This document shows, piece by piece, positions 1 to 14,133 of a stretch of DNA of 64,000 bases; the first letter of the stretch is position 1, and each line of letters opens with the position of its first letter. The DNA is from Octopus sinensis. Taxonomy: Eukaryota. Location of the stretch: contig NC_043009.1 of the NCBI RefSeq assembly GCF_006345805.1, positions 2,046,001 through 2,110,000 on the forward strand, given 5' to 3'. The position numbers and the translations under genes are program-made. The notes under the pieces were generated by a model. That model had not been told where the DNA came from. It did not search any database and was given only the letters and a program-made list of their open reading frames with translations.

Positions 1-103
1 AGAAATTAAGAAACTAACTACAATACTTTTGAAACCAGAGGGCAGATTGTATAATCGACGTAATTCGCTGTACACAGACACACACAACACACACACACAT
101 CCC

Positions 104-158
<55 letters not shown>

Positions 159-199
159 TCCAGGCATGACGAGTAATTGGCAGAGTCGTTATTCTTCTC

Positions 200-868
200 G
201 GAGAGAGTGAGATAGAGTGAGATAGGCGGAGATAGAGTGAGATTGGCGGAGTTTGCCGGAGATTGGTGAAGTTTTCCGGAGATTGGCGGAGTTTGCCGAA
301 GATTGCCGGAGTTTGCCGGAGATTGCTGGAGTTTGCCGGAGTTTGCCGGAGATAGCCTGAGATACCCGGAGATTGCCGGAGATAGAGTGAGATAGGCGGA
401 GAGAGGCGGAGATAGAGTGAAATAGGCGGAGATAGGCGGTGATGGGCTGAGATTGAAGAGATTGCCGGAGTAGAGGGAATAGCATTTTGGGAGATTTCCC
501 AATAATGCTCGGTGTTAAAACACCTGGGAGAGAGGGAGAGAGTGAGATGGGCGGAGATTGGCGTAGATGGGCGAGAATGGCGGAGATTGGCGGAGATAGG
601 CGGAGATTGGCGGAGATACGCGGAGATAGGCGGTGATAGGCGGAATAGCATTTTAGGAGATTTCCCGATAATGCTGGTTGTTAAAACACCTGGGAGAGAG
701 TGAGATAGGCGGAGATAAAGTGAGATTAGTGGAGATAGGCGGAGATAGAGTGAGATTGGCGGAGTTTGCCGGAGATTGCCGGGGATTGCCGGAGATTGCC
801 GGAGTTTGCCGGAGTTTGCCGGAGTTTGCCGGAGATTGCCGGAGTTTACCAGAGATTGTCGGAGATTG
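200..868. repeat. 10-bp GC-rich minisatellite (GGCGGAGATT / GCCGGAGTTT variants) with a duplicated 58-bp non-repetitive cassette
   Basis: Tandem decamers visible throughout. Cassette gaatagcatttt...aaaacacctgggagagag at 477-534 and 643-700 (offset 166). ORFs 14..502, 189..485 and 512..961 are repeat artefacts. Confidence 0.9.
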
Positions 869-980
869 ATGAAGTCGAATTTACCTTACATCCTATTAGG
901 CAAGTCGATACAAATGTATCAGTTAGAGGAGTGGGTTGATAAAATTGTTACAAATTTTTAGATTCGGCCCTGTGCATTCC

Positions 981-992
981 TATAATAATAAT

Positions 993-1033
<41 letters not shown>

Positions 1034-1075
1034 TAATAATAATAATAATAACAATAATGATAATAATAATAATAA
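981..1075. repeat. (AAT)n microsatellite
   Basis: Direct reading. Confidence 0.95.
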
Positions 1076-1671
1076 AAACCGGTGACATCTTTATCAGGAG
1101 ATGCGACTGATAAATATTACCAATAATATGATAATTGATGGAAACCCACTAACCTCGGTTCGCTCGGAAGATCGACAGCTCCCACCCCTCAGACCAAAGA
1201 AATCAACATGTCTGCTTTGATTAAAAATACACAGTCATCAGGTCTTGTCAGTTAGGTCTATCTTTATTACTGCTTGGAAACAGAAGTAATAAATCTTCAA
1301 TGTTAGTTTAAGCAGACATTGTACTTTCTATTGTACACTGCCGCCTTAATGACTTATTATATCAGTTTAATCTTGCTCAACCCATTCCTTACACAGTTGT
1401 CTTTTAGGAACCATAATAGATTGGTTAAGTGTGTTTATGCTAACACTTTTAAGGACTATTGGCGTTTCTTATTGGAAATAACCAATGAAAATCTGTGTTG
1501 AAATAAGTGTGGACCTTTAATGATTGCTCGGAATGTTATACTTGTTGTCTGAACAGTACTTGAAAGCAATGCTTATTGTTGCTGTTGTTAATGTTTAACC
1601 CTAGGACACCATCATCATGAAGAAAACCTGTGATGAAAGATAATAATAGCGAACTTATTGCAAGCAGTGTT

Positions 1672-2031
1672 CAGGTGCGGTACAATAGTGGTGAGGTGCA
1701 CTACAAGGGTGTTCAGATGCAGTGCATCAATGCTCAGGTGCATTACAACAGTGCTCAGATGCAGTGCAACAGTGGTCAGGTGCAGTACATAAGTGCTCAA
1801 GTGCTCTACAACAATGTTCAGGTGCAATTTAACAGCGCTCAGATGTTGCACAGTAGTGCTCAGGTGCACTATAACAGTGCTCAAGTGTTCTACAACAATG
1901 CGCAGGTGCATTACAACAGCGATCAGATGCAGCACAAAAATGATCAGGCGCATTAAAACAGTACTCAGATGCAGTACAGCAGTGCTGAGGTGCACTATAA
2001 AATGCCTCAGATGCACCACAACGTTGCTCAG
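1672..2031. repeat. 21-bp degenerate minisatellite, 17 units without indels (consensus ~CAGGTGCATTACAACAGTGCT)
   Basis: Units align in register from 1672. Minus-strand ORF 1615..2019 reads as (xHLSTVV) heptads and plus ORF 1630..1956 as (QVHYNSA). Confidence 0.9.
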
Positions 2032-3053
2032 GCAATAATTTTTATACCAACCGTGACAATTTTTGCCCTCTTCATTTGTTCTAGTATATCCAGTTTGTTC
2101 TCTGTCGACACCTATGACTCATAAGACTGTTTACTCGAGTTCCATAGCGTGTAGATGACCGAGGTAATTTCCTTGAACTAGACTCAAGACCCTTGCAGGA
2201 TCCAAGGCTAACAATGAGGAGGGGATAAAATAAGCAGGACGATTACATCAACTCCACTCCGTGCTGAAACCTTATTTTATCGACGAAGGGAGGAAAGGCA
2301 AAGACGACATTTTACTTTGAACGTCAACAGATGGAAGAAATGCCGCTACGCATTTTGTCCGACGTTCTAAAGACTCCCTTTTTACCAAATGTTCCCTATC
2401 TTTCGTGATCTGATTTGTAAGACGCTTTACTGCTATTTCTTTTGGGTCTTCACCTTCAGTACAAACTCCTCCGTCAAAAGTAAATTTATATGAAATAGGA
2501 AAGTGGAAATGTAGAGAAAAACGAAGCGTGGTGTATGGAAATCATGTAGGAAGTGTCCCTGTCCAGCTATTCAATTATCCATTACATTTAGTTGTAACCC
2601 TTGCACCGGGTGCACGCAGAACAGCGGGCACCTAAAGAATGAGAGGCGTTATTATGTTGCTACAATGTGTTCCACAAAACAGAAGATCACAGCGCAGCAG
2701 ACATCTAATACAAGCAGATTATTGCATAGTTAATAATGTGATTGCAGCTGCGTTTCTATGGTACATAATTATTTGGCCAAATATCTACAGAAGATCCACG
2801 TTAAGGCCCTGGATACATCATCCACACGTCTCATTAAGAATCACGTGCTGATATAGTTTTCGGCGACTTTCAGTCTGTGTAGGACATACATACATACGTA
2901 CATAGACACAGACACATGCGCACACGCATGCACACATGCATATATATATACACATATATATCTTTTATCTTTTACTATCTATCTATCTAACTGTCTATCT
3001 ATGCATCCATCCATCCATCCATCCATCCATCCATCTAGCTGTATGTCTGTCTG

Positions 3054-3137
<84 letters not shown>

Positions 3138-3447
3138 CCGCTCTGTAAAGGCGGCTAGAATAACCCAAAGCGAGCAAAAGCAGGAAGACTCAAGGTAAGC
3201 ACATTCAAAATGTGAAAGCTGTCTCATTCTGCCGATGCTTAACTTCCTAGCGATGCTCTATGCTAAAGTCTATCGATTATATCGATAGGAAAGGGTAAAG
3301 CAATATACACTCGCACTATATTTGTTTCTATTTTATTATCATTATTATATTTTTTGCTTGTGGCGTACAAATATGTATGTCATAACTCTAGTAAAATACC
3401 AGCATCAAAAGATCTGATTTTCTGATGTTTGTAAAAAGTAACGTTAA

Positions 3448-3488
<41 letters not shown>

Positions 3489-3525
3489 TGCATACATATA
3501 TATGTGTATATGCGTAAATACACAG

Positions 3526-3565
<40 letters not shown>

Positions 3566-3644
3566 GTATTTAGATTTATATGCAATATATATTTGTATAT
3601 TATCTATAAATATATGGATACATAAGTACACATATATATACAGC

Positions 3645-3711
<67 letters not shown>

Positions 3712-3754
3712 ATTTATATATATATATATATATATATATAAATATTTATATATA

Positions 3755-3797
<43 letters not shown>

Positions 3798-3884
3798 TAA
3801 ATATACACGTATATATACCTATAAATACGGATATATGTCTAGATGTATATATACGTGTATTTTGCGTGTATGTCTCTCTCTCCG

Positions 3885-3944
<60 letters not shown>

Positions 3945-4412
3945 ATATATCTGCATCCCCAGTGACGGTTATTAGATATACACTGAACCATAAAATTTAT
4001 TATAGTTTCTCTCAGTTGGACATTTTACAACCAATTAGAGTTGTGATAATGATCATGGACATAAATTTTATATATTTTCATTGAAGATCGACGACGTTTG
4101 TTCACATAGACGGTGTGAACTTCAATGGATTTAATATACTAATTACTCACGCATGTAAGGTATGTATACTCCCTAACATATACATGTACACACACACACA
4201 CATATACACGTCTAGATACAGACGTATACACGCTAGCTCATATATATACGAAGCTGCCTATATATATATATATATTTATATATAGGTGACGGTGTATATT
4301 ACGCACCCAAACAAAGACGTACATACGTATATATAGATATACACAGCTATATAATACGCACATACACACGCGCTGCTATTCACACACACACACATATATT
4401 TATGTATGCATA

Positions 4413-4458
<46 letters not shown>

Positions 4459-5287
4459 GCATATACAAATATATGTATGTACATAAATACATGCATTCAT
4501 ATATACATGTGGCTGTGCTCAGGATAGGAGAGGCAGTTGAAAGAGCCTCGTGTTGGCTTTGGAGTAAGAAAGAAGAGCTTAACTGAAAACCAGGAGGAGA
4601 TGAGGAGTAGTGACTTCAGCCACCTCTGCTGAACCACCAACGGGTAGGTGTTACAGTTCAGGGCCGAAATACCAGGTGAACGTTGGATACCGTCTGACGA
4701 CATCAGTTCCCCCCGACCAAGGCTCCATTTACTTATATGTGTTATTAACACACACGCACATACACACATATATATATATATACACACACATAAGTAAATA
4801 TATATGTATGTGTATATATTTATGTACACACATACACGAGGTTCTTCTTTCACTTTCTGTCTTCAGAATCTACTCGTAAGGTCCTGGCCCTCAGTAGAAA
4901 ACACTTGCCCAAGAAGACACTTGCCACGCAGAGGGTCTGAACCCGGAACCTTGTGGTTGAGAGGTAAGCTTTATACCACTCAGCCACGCATGAGCTTGTT
5001 AACCAACTGAATAACAATAAGGAATGGAAACATGGCATGCGTTTATTATTGGCCGAATGACCCTCATGAGATACATAAAAAAAGTACTGGATAGATATAC
5101 GATTAAAAGCTCTCCAGTCATGACTAATCCTCCTTTTGCTGAGTATTTGGTATACCTAGCATTACGTCATCCATTCAATCTCCCATATCTGAAGAGGTGA
5201 GGGCATAAAATATGGAAATTGGACTGATATTGTCATCTTAAACAAATATAGTTTGCAAAGAAAGGTGTTAATATGTAGTATTTACTA

Positions 5288-5430
5288 AGGCGGTGACCTG
5301 GTAGAATCGTTAATACACCGGACAGAATGCTTAGCGACATTTAGTCCGTCTTTACGTTCAGAGTTCAAATTCCGCCGAGGTTGACGTGGCCTTTCAACCT
5401 TCCGGGATTGATTAAAATAAGAACCTGTTG
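5288..5430 (+). mobile_element. tRNA-related SINE, family A (ggcggtgagctggcagaa...gagttcaaattccgccgagg...), degenerate
   Basis: Matches other copies in the window (6447, 19560, 39374, 46984, 56966). B-box-like GAGTTCAAAT. Confidence 0.75.
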
Positions 5431-6446
5431 AATACTAAACCTCTTAAATTGCTGGCCTTGTGCTAAAGTTTGAAATCAGTATGTGGTGTATTTTATTACC
5501 AACCAGTTATTGCATTGTTATTTGATTTGTGTAGAGAATATCCGCTATTGTGTGATCGATGGACAATTAATGGCCAGTGGTTTGGTTGCTACACGGAAAA
5601 GGATTTATTTTATTCTTTAATCAAGAAGGATGGTCGCACCCGTGGCCCTTTACAGCGCCTCTGAGACTAGAGAGACTAAGGGAGGAAAGGATGAAAGAAA
5701 ATAGCCAAAAAGTTGAAGACCTGACCCAAATTCTTGCAATAAAGCGGGTTCCGTTACAATCGCCCCGTGGTACCAGGTGGTGACACTAAACCAGGTGGTG
5801 ATTAGTGTTTTTCAACCAAATCGGTGACAGCAGAGTTTGAATTCAGAACTCAAAGAATACAGGTGTAAATACCGCGAGGTATCAGTTCACAGATTTTTGC
5901 ATTTCGTCCCATCCACCATCGTAGATTGATTCACTCTTATCGGCTCTAAAAACAGAAAGGTAAAGTTGATTTCAGTGTGACTTGAACTCGCGATGCAGAG
6001 TTTCAGAACGAATACTGTGAAGTGATCTCTCCGGCGATGTAACGACTCCGCCTAATCGCTGCCGAGTTGCTTGGCAATAAAGGAGGAGCGTGTTTCATTT
6101 ATATCCTCATGGATGATAATTGATTGAATAAGATAATTAAGGCGACAAGCAGGCAGAATTGTTAAGCATCGCGGACAACACGTTTAACGTTATTTCGTCC
6201 GTCTTTGACAACTGGGTTCAAATTCTGCCGAGGTCTCTCCATTTCTTTAGTGTTGGTATATTCATAACATAGACAGTTTTTATCTATTTCGGGTAGTCTT
6301 AGAGTTTATTTTAGTCATATATATATATAAATAGAAAAATAATTGATAAATAGATATGCAAATATCTATTATCTGGCTGCGTGAGCAATAGCAGATTATA
6401 AAAATAATATTTCACTATGTATCTAACTCATTAGTCATCGATCTTT

Positions 6447-6601
6447 AAGGCGGTGAACTGGCAGAAATATTAGCATGCCGGGCGCAATGGTTTGCGGTAT
6501 TTCGTCAGCCGTTATACCATTCTGAGTTCAAATTCCACCGAGGTCAACTTTGCCTTTCATCCTTTCGGGTCGATAAATTAATTACCAGTTACGCACTGGG
6601 G
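6447..6601 (+). mobile_element. SINE family A copy
   Basis: aaggcggtgaactggcagaa...gagttcaaattccaccgaggtcaactttgcctttcatcctttcgggtcgataaatt...gcactgggg. Confidence 0.85.
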
Positions 6602-6606
6602 TATTT

Positions 6607-6646
<40 letters not shown>

Positions 6647-6907
6647 CCTGGAGGCGCATGATTCTGGTCGTAAGATTGTGGTTTCAATTCCTGGAGCGGG
6701 CGATACGTTTTCTTCCTGGGCAAAGCAATTCTTCTTACGTTACTCCAGTCCATTCAGGTGGCAAAAATAAGTAATCGTGCAAGAGACCGGCGTCTCGTCC
6801 AGTGGATGATTATCGACACCACAGAATTTTGGAAACTGACCGTATGAGACCATGGCCTTAGAAGGACATCTGATCCTTTTTTGTTACATACATACATACA
6901 TACATAC

Positions 6908-6940
<33 letters not shown>

Positions 6941-7123
6941 TGTATGTATGTATGTATGTATGTATGTATTTATACATACATACACACACACAGACACACA
7001 CATATATAAAACAAATTTCTTCACAAAAAATGAAAGAGATAACAGTTACCAGTAGAACTACAACACAAATGACGAGTATCTGTTTATTGTTATGGAAATA
7101 ATGACTTCAAAGAAGACGATAAT

Positions 7124-7200
7124 GAAGAAGAAGAAGAAGAAGAAGAAGAAGAAGAAGAAGAAGAAGAAGAAGAAGAAGAAGAAGAAGAAGAAGAAGAAGA
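7124..7200. repeat. (GAA)n microsatellite
   Basis: Direct reading. Source of the poly-Phe ORF 7058..7273. Confidence 0.95.
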
Positions 7201-8190
7201 GGGAATAGAAGAAGCGGTGAAGGAGTATAAGTAGGAGGCAGAAAAAGAGAAAGAGAATGGTTAATACAAACAAGAAGAAGCAGCGATCAAATCAACACAT
7301 AAACAATATCACTGCTAATCTGCGAATAAAATCGACAAAGATTTAATAGTAAACAAAAGTAGCGTTTAACTTCATTGTTATAAAAATTGCAAAGATCACG
7401 CTCCGCAACTTGAAAGCGAGTTATCATCCTGAAGGCAAACTGACGGAATATGAAGTGGACACAACCTGAAGTCTCTTGTTTATTGTGATTGTGTTGTTGT
7501 TCTTATTCAGGCCAATGCACGGCATTATAAATTCATTTATTGACCCGAATACACAAATTGATTTGATATTATTACAATAGCAGTAACGACGACGACAACG
7601 ACAGCTGCAAGAACGAGTTTGTTTTTCGTTAAGTGTTCTTATCAGTGTTGTTTGTTATTTGGCAGGCTTCCTGATATATAGCACATTGTAAATTAAATTG
7701 TTATATCTAAATATCCGTAGCAGACGTTACCTCCTCACACAGAGAGTGTTAGTATAAATACTACTTAATCTTTTCCTTACACGTATGTGTCTATATTTTT
7801 CACACTATTCTGTATATGATTAACGCTATCCTTCTCGTATGTCGTACACATACAGAGAAATGTACCCACACAGGTATATTCCAAGACGTGACTACTATCG
7901 TGTACAACGGCCATTTTGTTTGTACAAGTTGTCACGTATAGAAATTCGAATTTGAGGTTGATATAAATTTGCGGCCACTGCAGCCGAATGTTCCAGAATT
8001 TGAATCACGTACTACACATTGTAGCTATTGTTAGGTAAACACGTTGTGAAGGAAATTAGGTTGGAAAAAGGAAACAGGTTAGAAACCCTTATTTCAAGTG
8101 AAGCTGTAATCCAAGGATGCAACCTTGTTACATATTGTGTCGAGGTTATTCGGTATTCGAATCATGTTACAGGATACACGTGTATGTGTA

Positions 8191-8497
8191 GAGGCACATG
8201 GCCTAGTGGTTAGAGCAGCGGACTCGCGTTCGAGGGATCGCGGGTTCGAAACTCAGACCGGACGATGTGTGTGTTTATGAGCGAAACACCTAAGCTCCAC
8301 GCGGCTCCGGCAGAAGGTAACGGCGAAACTTCTGCTGACTCTTTCGCCACAACTTTCTCTCACTCTTTCCTCCTGCATCTTGCAGCTCACCTGCGATGGA
8401 CCGACGTCTCGTCCAGGTGGGGAACCTACACACCAAGCAAACCGGGAAACCAGCCCTTATGAACCAAGCATGGCTCGAGAAGGAACAAACAAACAAA
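8191..8497 (+). mobile_element. tRNA-derived SINE, family C, well preserved
   Basis: Pol III A-box TGGCCTAGTGG (8199-8209) and B-box GGTTCGAAACT (8243-8253), then a non-tRNA body and (aaac)n tail. Related copy at 60351-60682 and partial copies near 6650 and 32965. Confidence 0.85.
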
Positions 8498-9050
8498 GAT
8501 ACCTATGTATGTGAAATACTCAGCTATGTAGAACTTAAGAGAATGCAAATCGTCGAAACGGACGAATTCACATTTCAAAAGATTAGAATTCCTATCAACA
8601 ACAAGGTAGACTCTGTTACTGTCACAAAGCTGACTTAATCTACAGACATTGCCACAAAAGGAGAGGAAGCGTTATTTGTTTAATGAGATGTGCATGATAC
8701 GGTAATTACAGCTGAGTCTACCTGTGTCAAAGTGAAATAATTACCATTGAACAATGCTTGTCTGAAGCAAAGGTAAGGGAAACATACCAGAATAGAAATA
8801 AAACAGGAGTGAGAAAATGATTTGAAGGGCCAATGTTCGTTTCCCTGTTGAGGCGATTCTCTGGGGTTAAATTTACATGAATTCCTTTTTACATGGATTT
8901 ACCGATTTCTCTGAAGCATCATTTTAGCAACATATATTTATCGTTCTATTCTTCCGATGACATCGATTTTTCTTGCCCTTTCTCCTCTCTTTCCTTTTTT
9001 ATCTCACGTATAGACACCCAAGAATATATATAACCTATCTATCTATCTAC

Positions 9051-9140
<90 letters not shown>

Positions 9141-11490
9141 GGCAGCAAAACGGGAGCATTCCTGGTTTTGTGAGCCGAGGAGCCGTAACACTGCTGAAGA
9201 AAGATCTAAACAAGGGAAATGTAATAGATAACTTTAGGCCCATCACTCTGCTTAATGCAGACTTGAAAATTTTGGCCAAGGTGCTAGCCAAGAGGTTGGC
9301 GCTTGTCATCGAGAAACTGGTCGACAAGGCGCAAACATGCGCCGTGCCAGGCCGGACCATCCATGACAACCTCCATCTGATGCGCTACATCATAGACAGG
9401 GTAGTTAACGAACCTGGCATGGGTGGGGCCCTGATCAACTTGGATCAATCGAAAGCCTTTGATAGGGTAGACCATCGATACTTGGAGGCAGTCCTGAGAG
9501 CGGCTGGTTTCGGTCCCGTCTTCCGCGGCTGGATAGCTGCCTTGTACAGAGGCATCCGTTCGGTAATTCGCGTAAATGGATATCTATCGAGACCTTTCGA
9601 CATTGCACGTTCGGTCCGTCAGGATGCCCCCTCTCGGCGCTTCTATACGTATTGACTCTTGAGCCACTACTGCGGAAGCTGGCGACTCTAAGGGGCATCC
9701 CGCGAGAATTGGGATGCGGGACGAGCGTGTCTGCATACGCGGACGACGTCACCGTCATAGTGTCTAGCCACGAGCACATCGAGCTGGTCGGCGAGACACT
9801 GAAAAACTACGAAGCGGTGACAGGAGCGAAAATCAACCGGGAAAAGTCAGTGGGCTTGCGGCTCGGCACCTGGAGAAGCAAGCCCATGCCGTCCACCAAC
9901 GCTTCCGTCGTGGGACGCTTGACCGACGGTCCGGTTGAGTTGCTCAGGGTCTGGTTCGGTCCGGACCTCCAAATGGAGAAGAACTGGTACTAGATAACTC
10001 TCGCCCGGCGATGAGCGACAGGAAACTGTCCCTAAAAGGTCGAGCGGAGGTGGCGAACACGTACATCGCGTCCGTCATCAACTACCGCCTGACCGTCGTA
10101 CCTTGTCCCGACCCTACCATCACCAAACTACAACGCATCCTCTTTCGCTTCTTGTGGAAAGGATGCGTCCCGATGGTCAGGCGATCCATTTGCTGTCAAC
10201 ACCCGTTAAAAGGAGGGCTGGGCATGCTGGTTGATGATGCGCAGACACGCGCTGAGACTGCGACATCTCTGGCTCTATGTAGACGACGGTGAACAGGTGC
10301 GGTCGCCGTTTGTGAGGCACGCTTTCCCGCAGCTCGTCTCCATGACCGAACTGCAGTCGTGGATCAAAAAGAGGCCGAGGAAGGGCGAATGGCACCGCGA
10401 GTGTCGCGTTGCTCTCAAGCAACTCTGCCGTCCTGGGTCGACCTTAAGTGACTTCAACACAACCAAAGCATTCTATATGGGTTTAGTGGAGGGGAGGTAC
10501 GACGACGAGCTCGGGGCGAACCTGGACGTCGACGAGGAGTATCTGACCCGCCTGTTCGGGACGACTTTCGGGCCAGGGCCCATGGACAACTTCCAGAGAT
10601 ACCTGGCCTGCAGTGCTACCGAGAAGCGCTACCCGTTCGGGATAAGCTCTATACAGACACGGCTCGAGAAACACGGGGCCGACCTGCCCGAGATGCGGTC
10701 AGAGCGACGAAACCGTTCTGCACGCACTCGTTCAGTGTCCAACAATTTCCGACCTGTGGGCTTATGTCGAACAACTGCTGTCACGTGTGGGACGAGTCGG
10801 TTTATCAGCTGAGTCTATCGTCAATATTGTCACGCCTCCTTCCTTCAAACGGGAAGGAAGAGCTATTTTCATCATCCTTGTGGCTATGGCGAAAGAATGT
10901 ATCTGGTGGACGCGTCTGAAAGGATTGGAGACAAACACTTTCCTCTCTGGTCAATCTCTCATCAACTTCTTCAAGTACCACTTGAAAAGGAAAGTGAGAG
11001 TAGAGAGGCAAGTTTTGTCTAGCGAATGTTTTAAAAAAAGATGGGTGAATGTAGCAAGAATGGCACGTATGAATGACGAAGCCACATTGAGCATAGTCCT
11101 ATGAACCCAGAAATCGAAAACAGAGAGTTACTTATTTGCAAAAAAAAAAAAAAAAAAAGAAATATAAAATGTGACTTCATTGACCGAGGTTACCGTGGTC
11201 TTTTCCGTAGGCTTTTCTTTCCACGGGTAAACCTCACCTGTCCTCCCCTTTACACTTCATATTGACATTTCTGTGATAACGATCCCTATTGATCAATTTT
11301 TTTTTCCTCTCCCCCCTTTTTTTTTTTTTTTTTAACCCCCCCTTTTTTTTGTCCTCTTTCTTTTACGATTCCTTTTGATCGAAACTCCCCCTTCCTTTTT
11401 TTTTTTTTTTTTTTTTAAACCTTCAAAAGAAAAGCTCTACCTTGTAATTTGTTCTATCTATGTGCAGCCCTGTGTGGCTAATAAAGAAAC
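9141..11490 (+). mobile_element. 5'-truncated Tx1/L1-clade non-LTR retrotransposon (ORF2 RT plus C-terminal CCHC finger, frameshifted) with 3' UTR
   Basis: NFRPITLLNADLKILAKVLAKRL, LINLDQSKAFDRVDH and SAYADDVT RT motifs; GAKINREKS; LSLKGRAEVANTYI; CPRCGQSDETVLHALVQC at ~10685-10738. ORF end at 11104, AATAAA at 11480. (TATC)n on both sides. Confidence 0.95.
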
Positions 11491-12018
<528 letters not shown>

Positions 12019-13071
12019 TTCCAACCAGACAAATTCAGAGCTTTATCTGACATTTTTATTCACTATATTCTTTACCTTGTACATTCGATCAACCCTTCAT
12101 TCGTTCTTTATTACTTCCTCTCTACTTATCCCATCATCCTTTCCTCACATCCCCATCCCTCCACTTGCTTTTTGAAAATCTTCTTCCTCCACACCCATTT
12201 CTCTTCTCTAGCATATTTCCAGATTTCGTCAGTATTTTTTTTCGACTTCCATTTTTCTCTCTCCACTTCCGTCATTATCATACCACTATGTTATTCAAAC
12301 GAAAATGGACCACCCTGACTCTCTTTGTTTTCCATTTCTATCCTATCCGGATTCGTTTCTTTCCCTATTTTTCTTTTATAAAATACAGATTTACTTACTT
12401 CCTGTAACAGTTCCGTTTCGTCTATCTTTCACATCTCCCGATATATGCCTTCTACGTTTTCCTCCTACATTTTCTATTATATTATATTACATTATATTAT
12501 ATTATATTTCTAACAACTCGTTTTATCTCTATGCAACATTCTTAAACTACCTTCCTAAGAAATTTTTCCTTTGCGCAATTCCAAGCTCTCCCTTAAATTT
12601 GCACAAACTATCTGATCCATTTTCTTCGTCGTTTCAACGTCGAAGTCTTCACAAGTGAAGATTGGATTCCAATTTGCTTGAAGGCATTTTACTGTGACGT
12701 TGATATTTGACACTGTTTGAATTATGTGCACGGTTATATCGATTTTATCCGTGTGCCAGGTACTTCCTTTTATCAATATCAAAGCGGTGTTGGACAGCCA
12801 GCTACGAAACCGTTATTGTTACATCTTGTATATTGCATTAAAATATGCTGGAATGGTGGTGATTAGTAAAAATGTATTACTGCTGTAGCATTGTCTGTCT
12901 TGTTTGGCCTCAACACGAGTATTGTATAGGCAAGCACGTGTGCATATATACTTGTGTGTACATATGTAAGCTTGAGTGTATGTATATATATATTTGTATA
13001 TGTGTATGCACGAACACATGTATGTATATGCGTGGTGGTTTTGTATATATATGAGTATATATATGTATGTA

Positions 13072-13136
<65 letters not shown>

Positions 13137-13152
13137 CATAGATACAGGCATA

Positions 13153-13191
<39 letters not shown>

Positions 13192-13317
13192 TGTCTGCTT
13201 CTCTGTTTCTGTCTGTCTATCTGTCTATCGATTTATGTAGACATGTATGTGTGTGCATTATATATAAGCAGATATTTTATACTGAATGCATATACCTGTG
13301 TGTTTATATACATATAT

Positions 13318-13355
<38 letters not shown>

Positions 13356-13680
13356 CATTCAAGTTCAAATTCCCCCGAGGTCGACATTTCATCCTTTCGG
13401 GGTCGATAGAATAAGCACCAGTTGCGTACTGGTATCGGTGTAAACAACTAAGCCCCGTTACCCGAAACGCCTGGCTATGCACCAATTTTTTAACTCAATA
13501 TTTGCACACACACACACACATATGCATATGCACATATATTAAAATATTGGTGCCCCAGCATGGCCGCAGTTTTAAAGCTGAACCATTTAAAACAAAAAAA
13601 TATCCTAATACATCAACCTACGACATCACTATCAAATTTTCCCTATTAAAATAAAATCTTTATATATATATATATATATA

Positions 13681-13968
13681 CTAGCAGCTAAGCCCGGTTT
13701 CACCCGGTCTGTTTGGATGATGTGGCTGTGATCGTTTCCGGTTAGGCATAATGTAATACAGCGTTTCTCAACCTTATCATTTCGGATCCCCTGTTTCGAT
13801 TGGAGCCTCCAGCTGTAAAAAAAATTCCTGAGCCTCCCCATTCTGTCAGAAAACAGCTTCAGGAGTTGTGAAGAACGAATTTGTACGTAGTCTGTTTCTG
13901 AGAGCTATTCTATTGAACATCTGTCTAATCATTAAAACATTTATTTAATTATGAACATAGAAAGAGAT
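13681..13968 (+). mobile_element. Possible non-autonomous Helitron/Helentron-like (HINE-type) element with an internal hAT-like end
   Basis: Begins TA|CTAGCAGCTAAGCCCGGTTTCACCCGG (subterminal CCGG...CCGG hairpin) and ends ...gaaagagat. Internal cagcgtttctcaacc resembles a hAT TIR. Family assignment is by resemblance only. Confidence 0.4.
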
Positions 13969-14082
13969 TATACATTAATCCCTATTTTTGTAAGCAGTTG
14001 TATCCGAAAAAAAATTTATTTGCAGAGAGCAGAAATTGAAAGAAGATATATGAAATGGACGTGTGTGTATGTGTATGTTTGT

Positions 14083-14133
<51 letters not shown>

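Noticed and set aside
5531-5758. Solo LTR (TG...AATAAA...TTACA)
   Set aside because: No matching target-site duplication for the plausible starts, and no second copy in the window.
5773-5801. Tandem CCAGGTGGTGA as CTCF sites
   Set aside because: Only a partial match to the CTCF consensus; equally an E-box. Not supportable from sequence alone.
8191-8265. tRNA gene
   Set aside because: A and B boxes are present, but it continues into a repeated non-tRNA body, so it is a SINE head. The same applies to the other tRNA-like heads.
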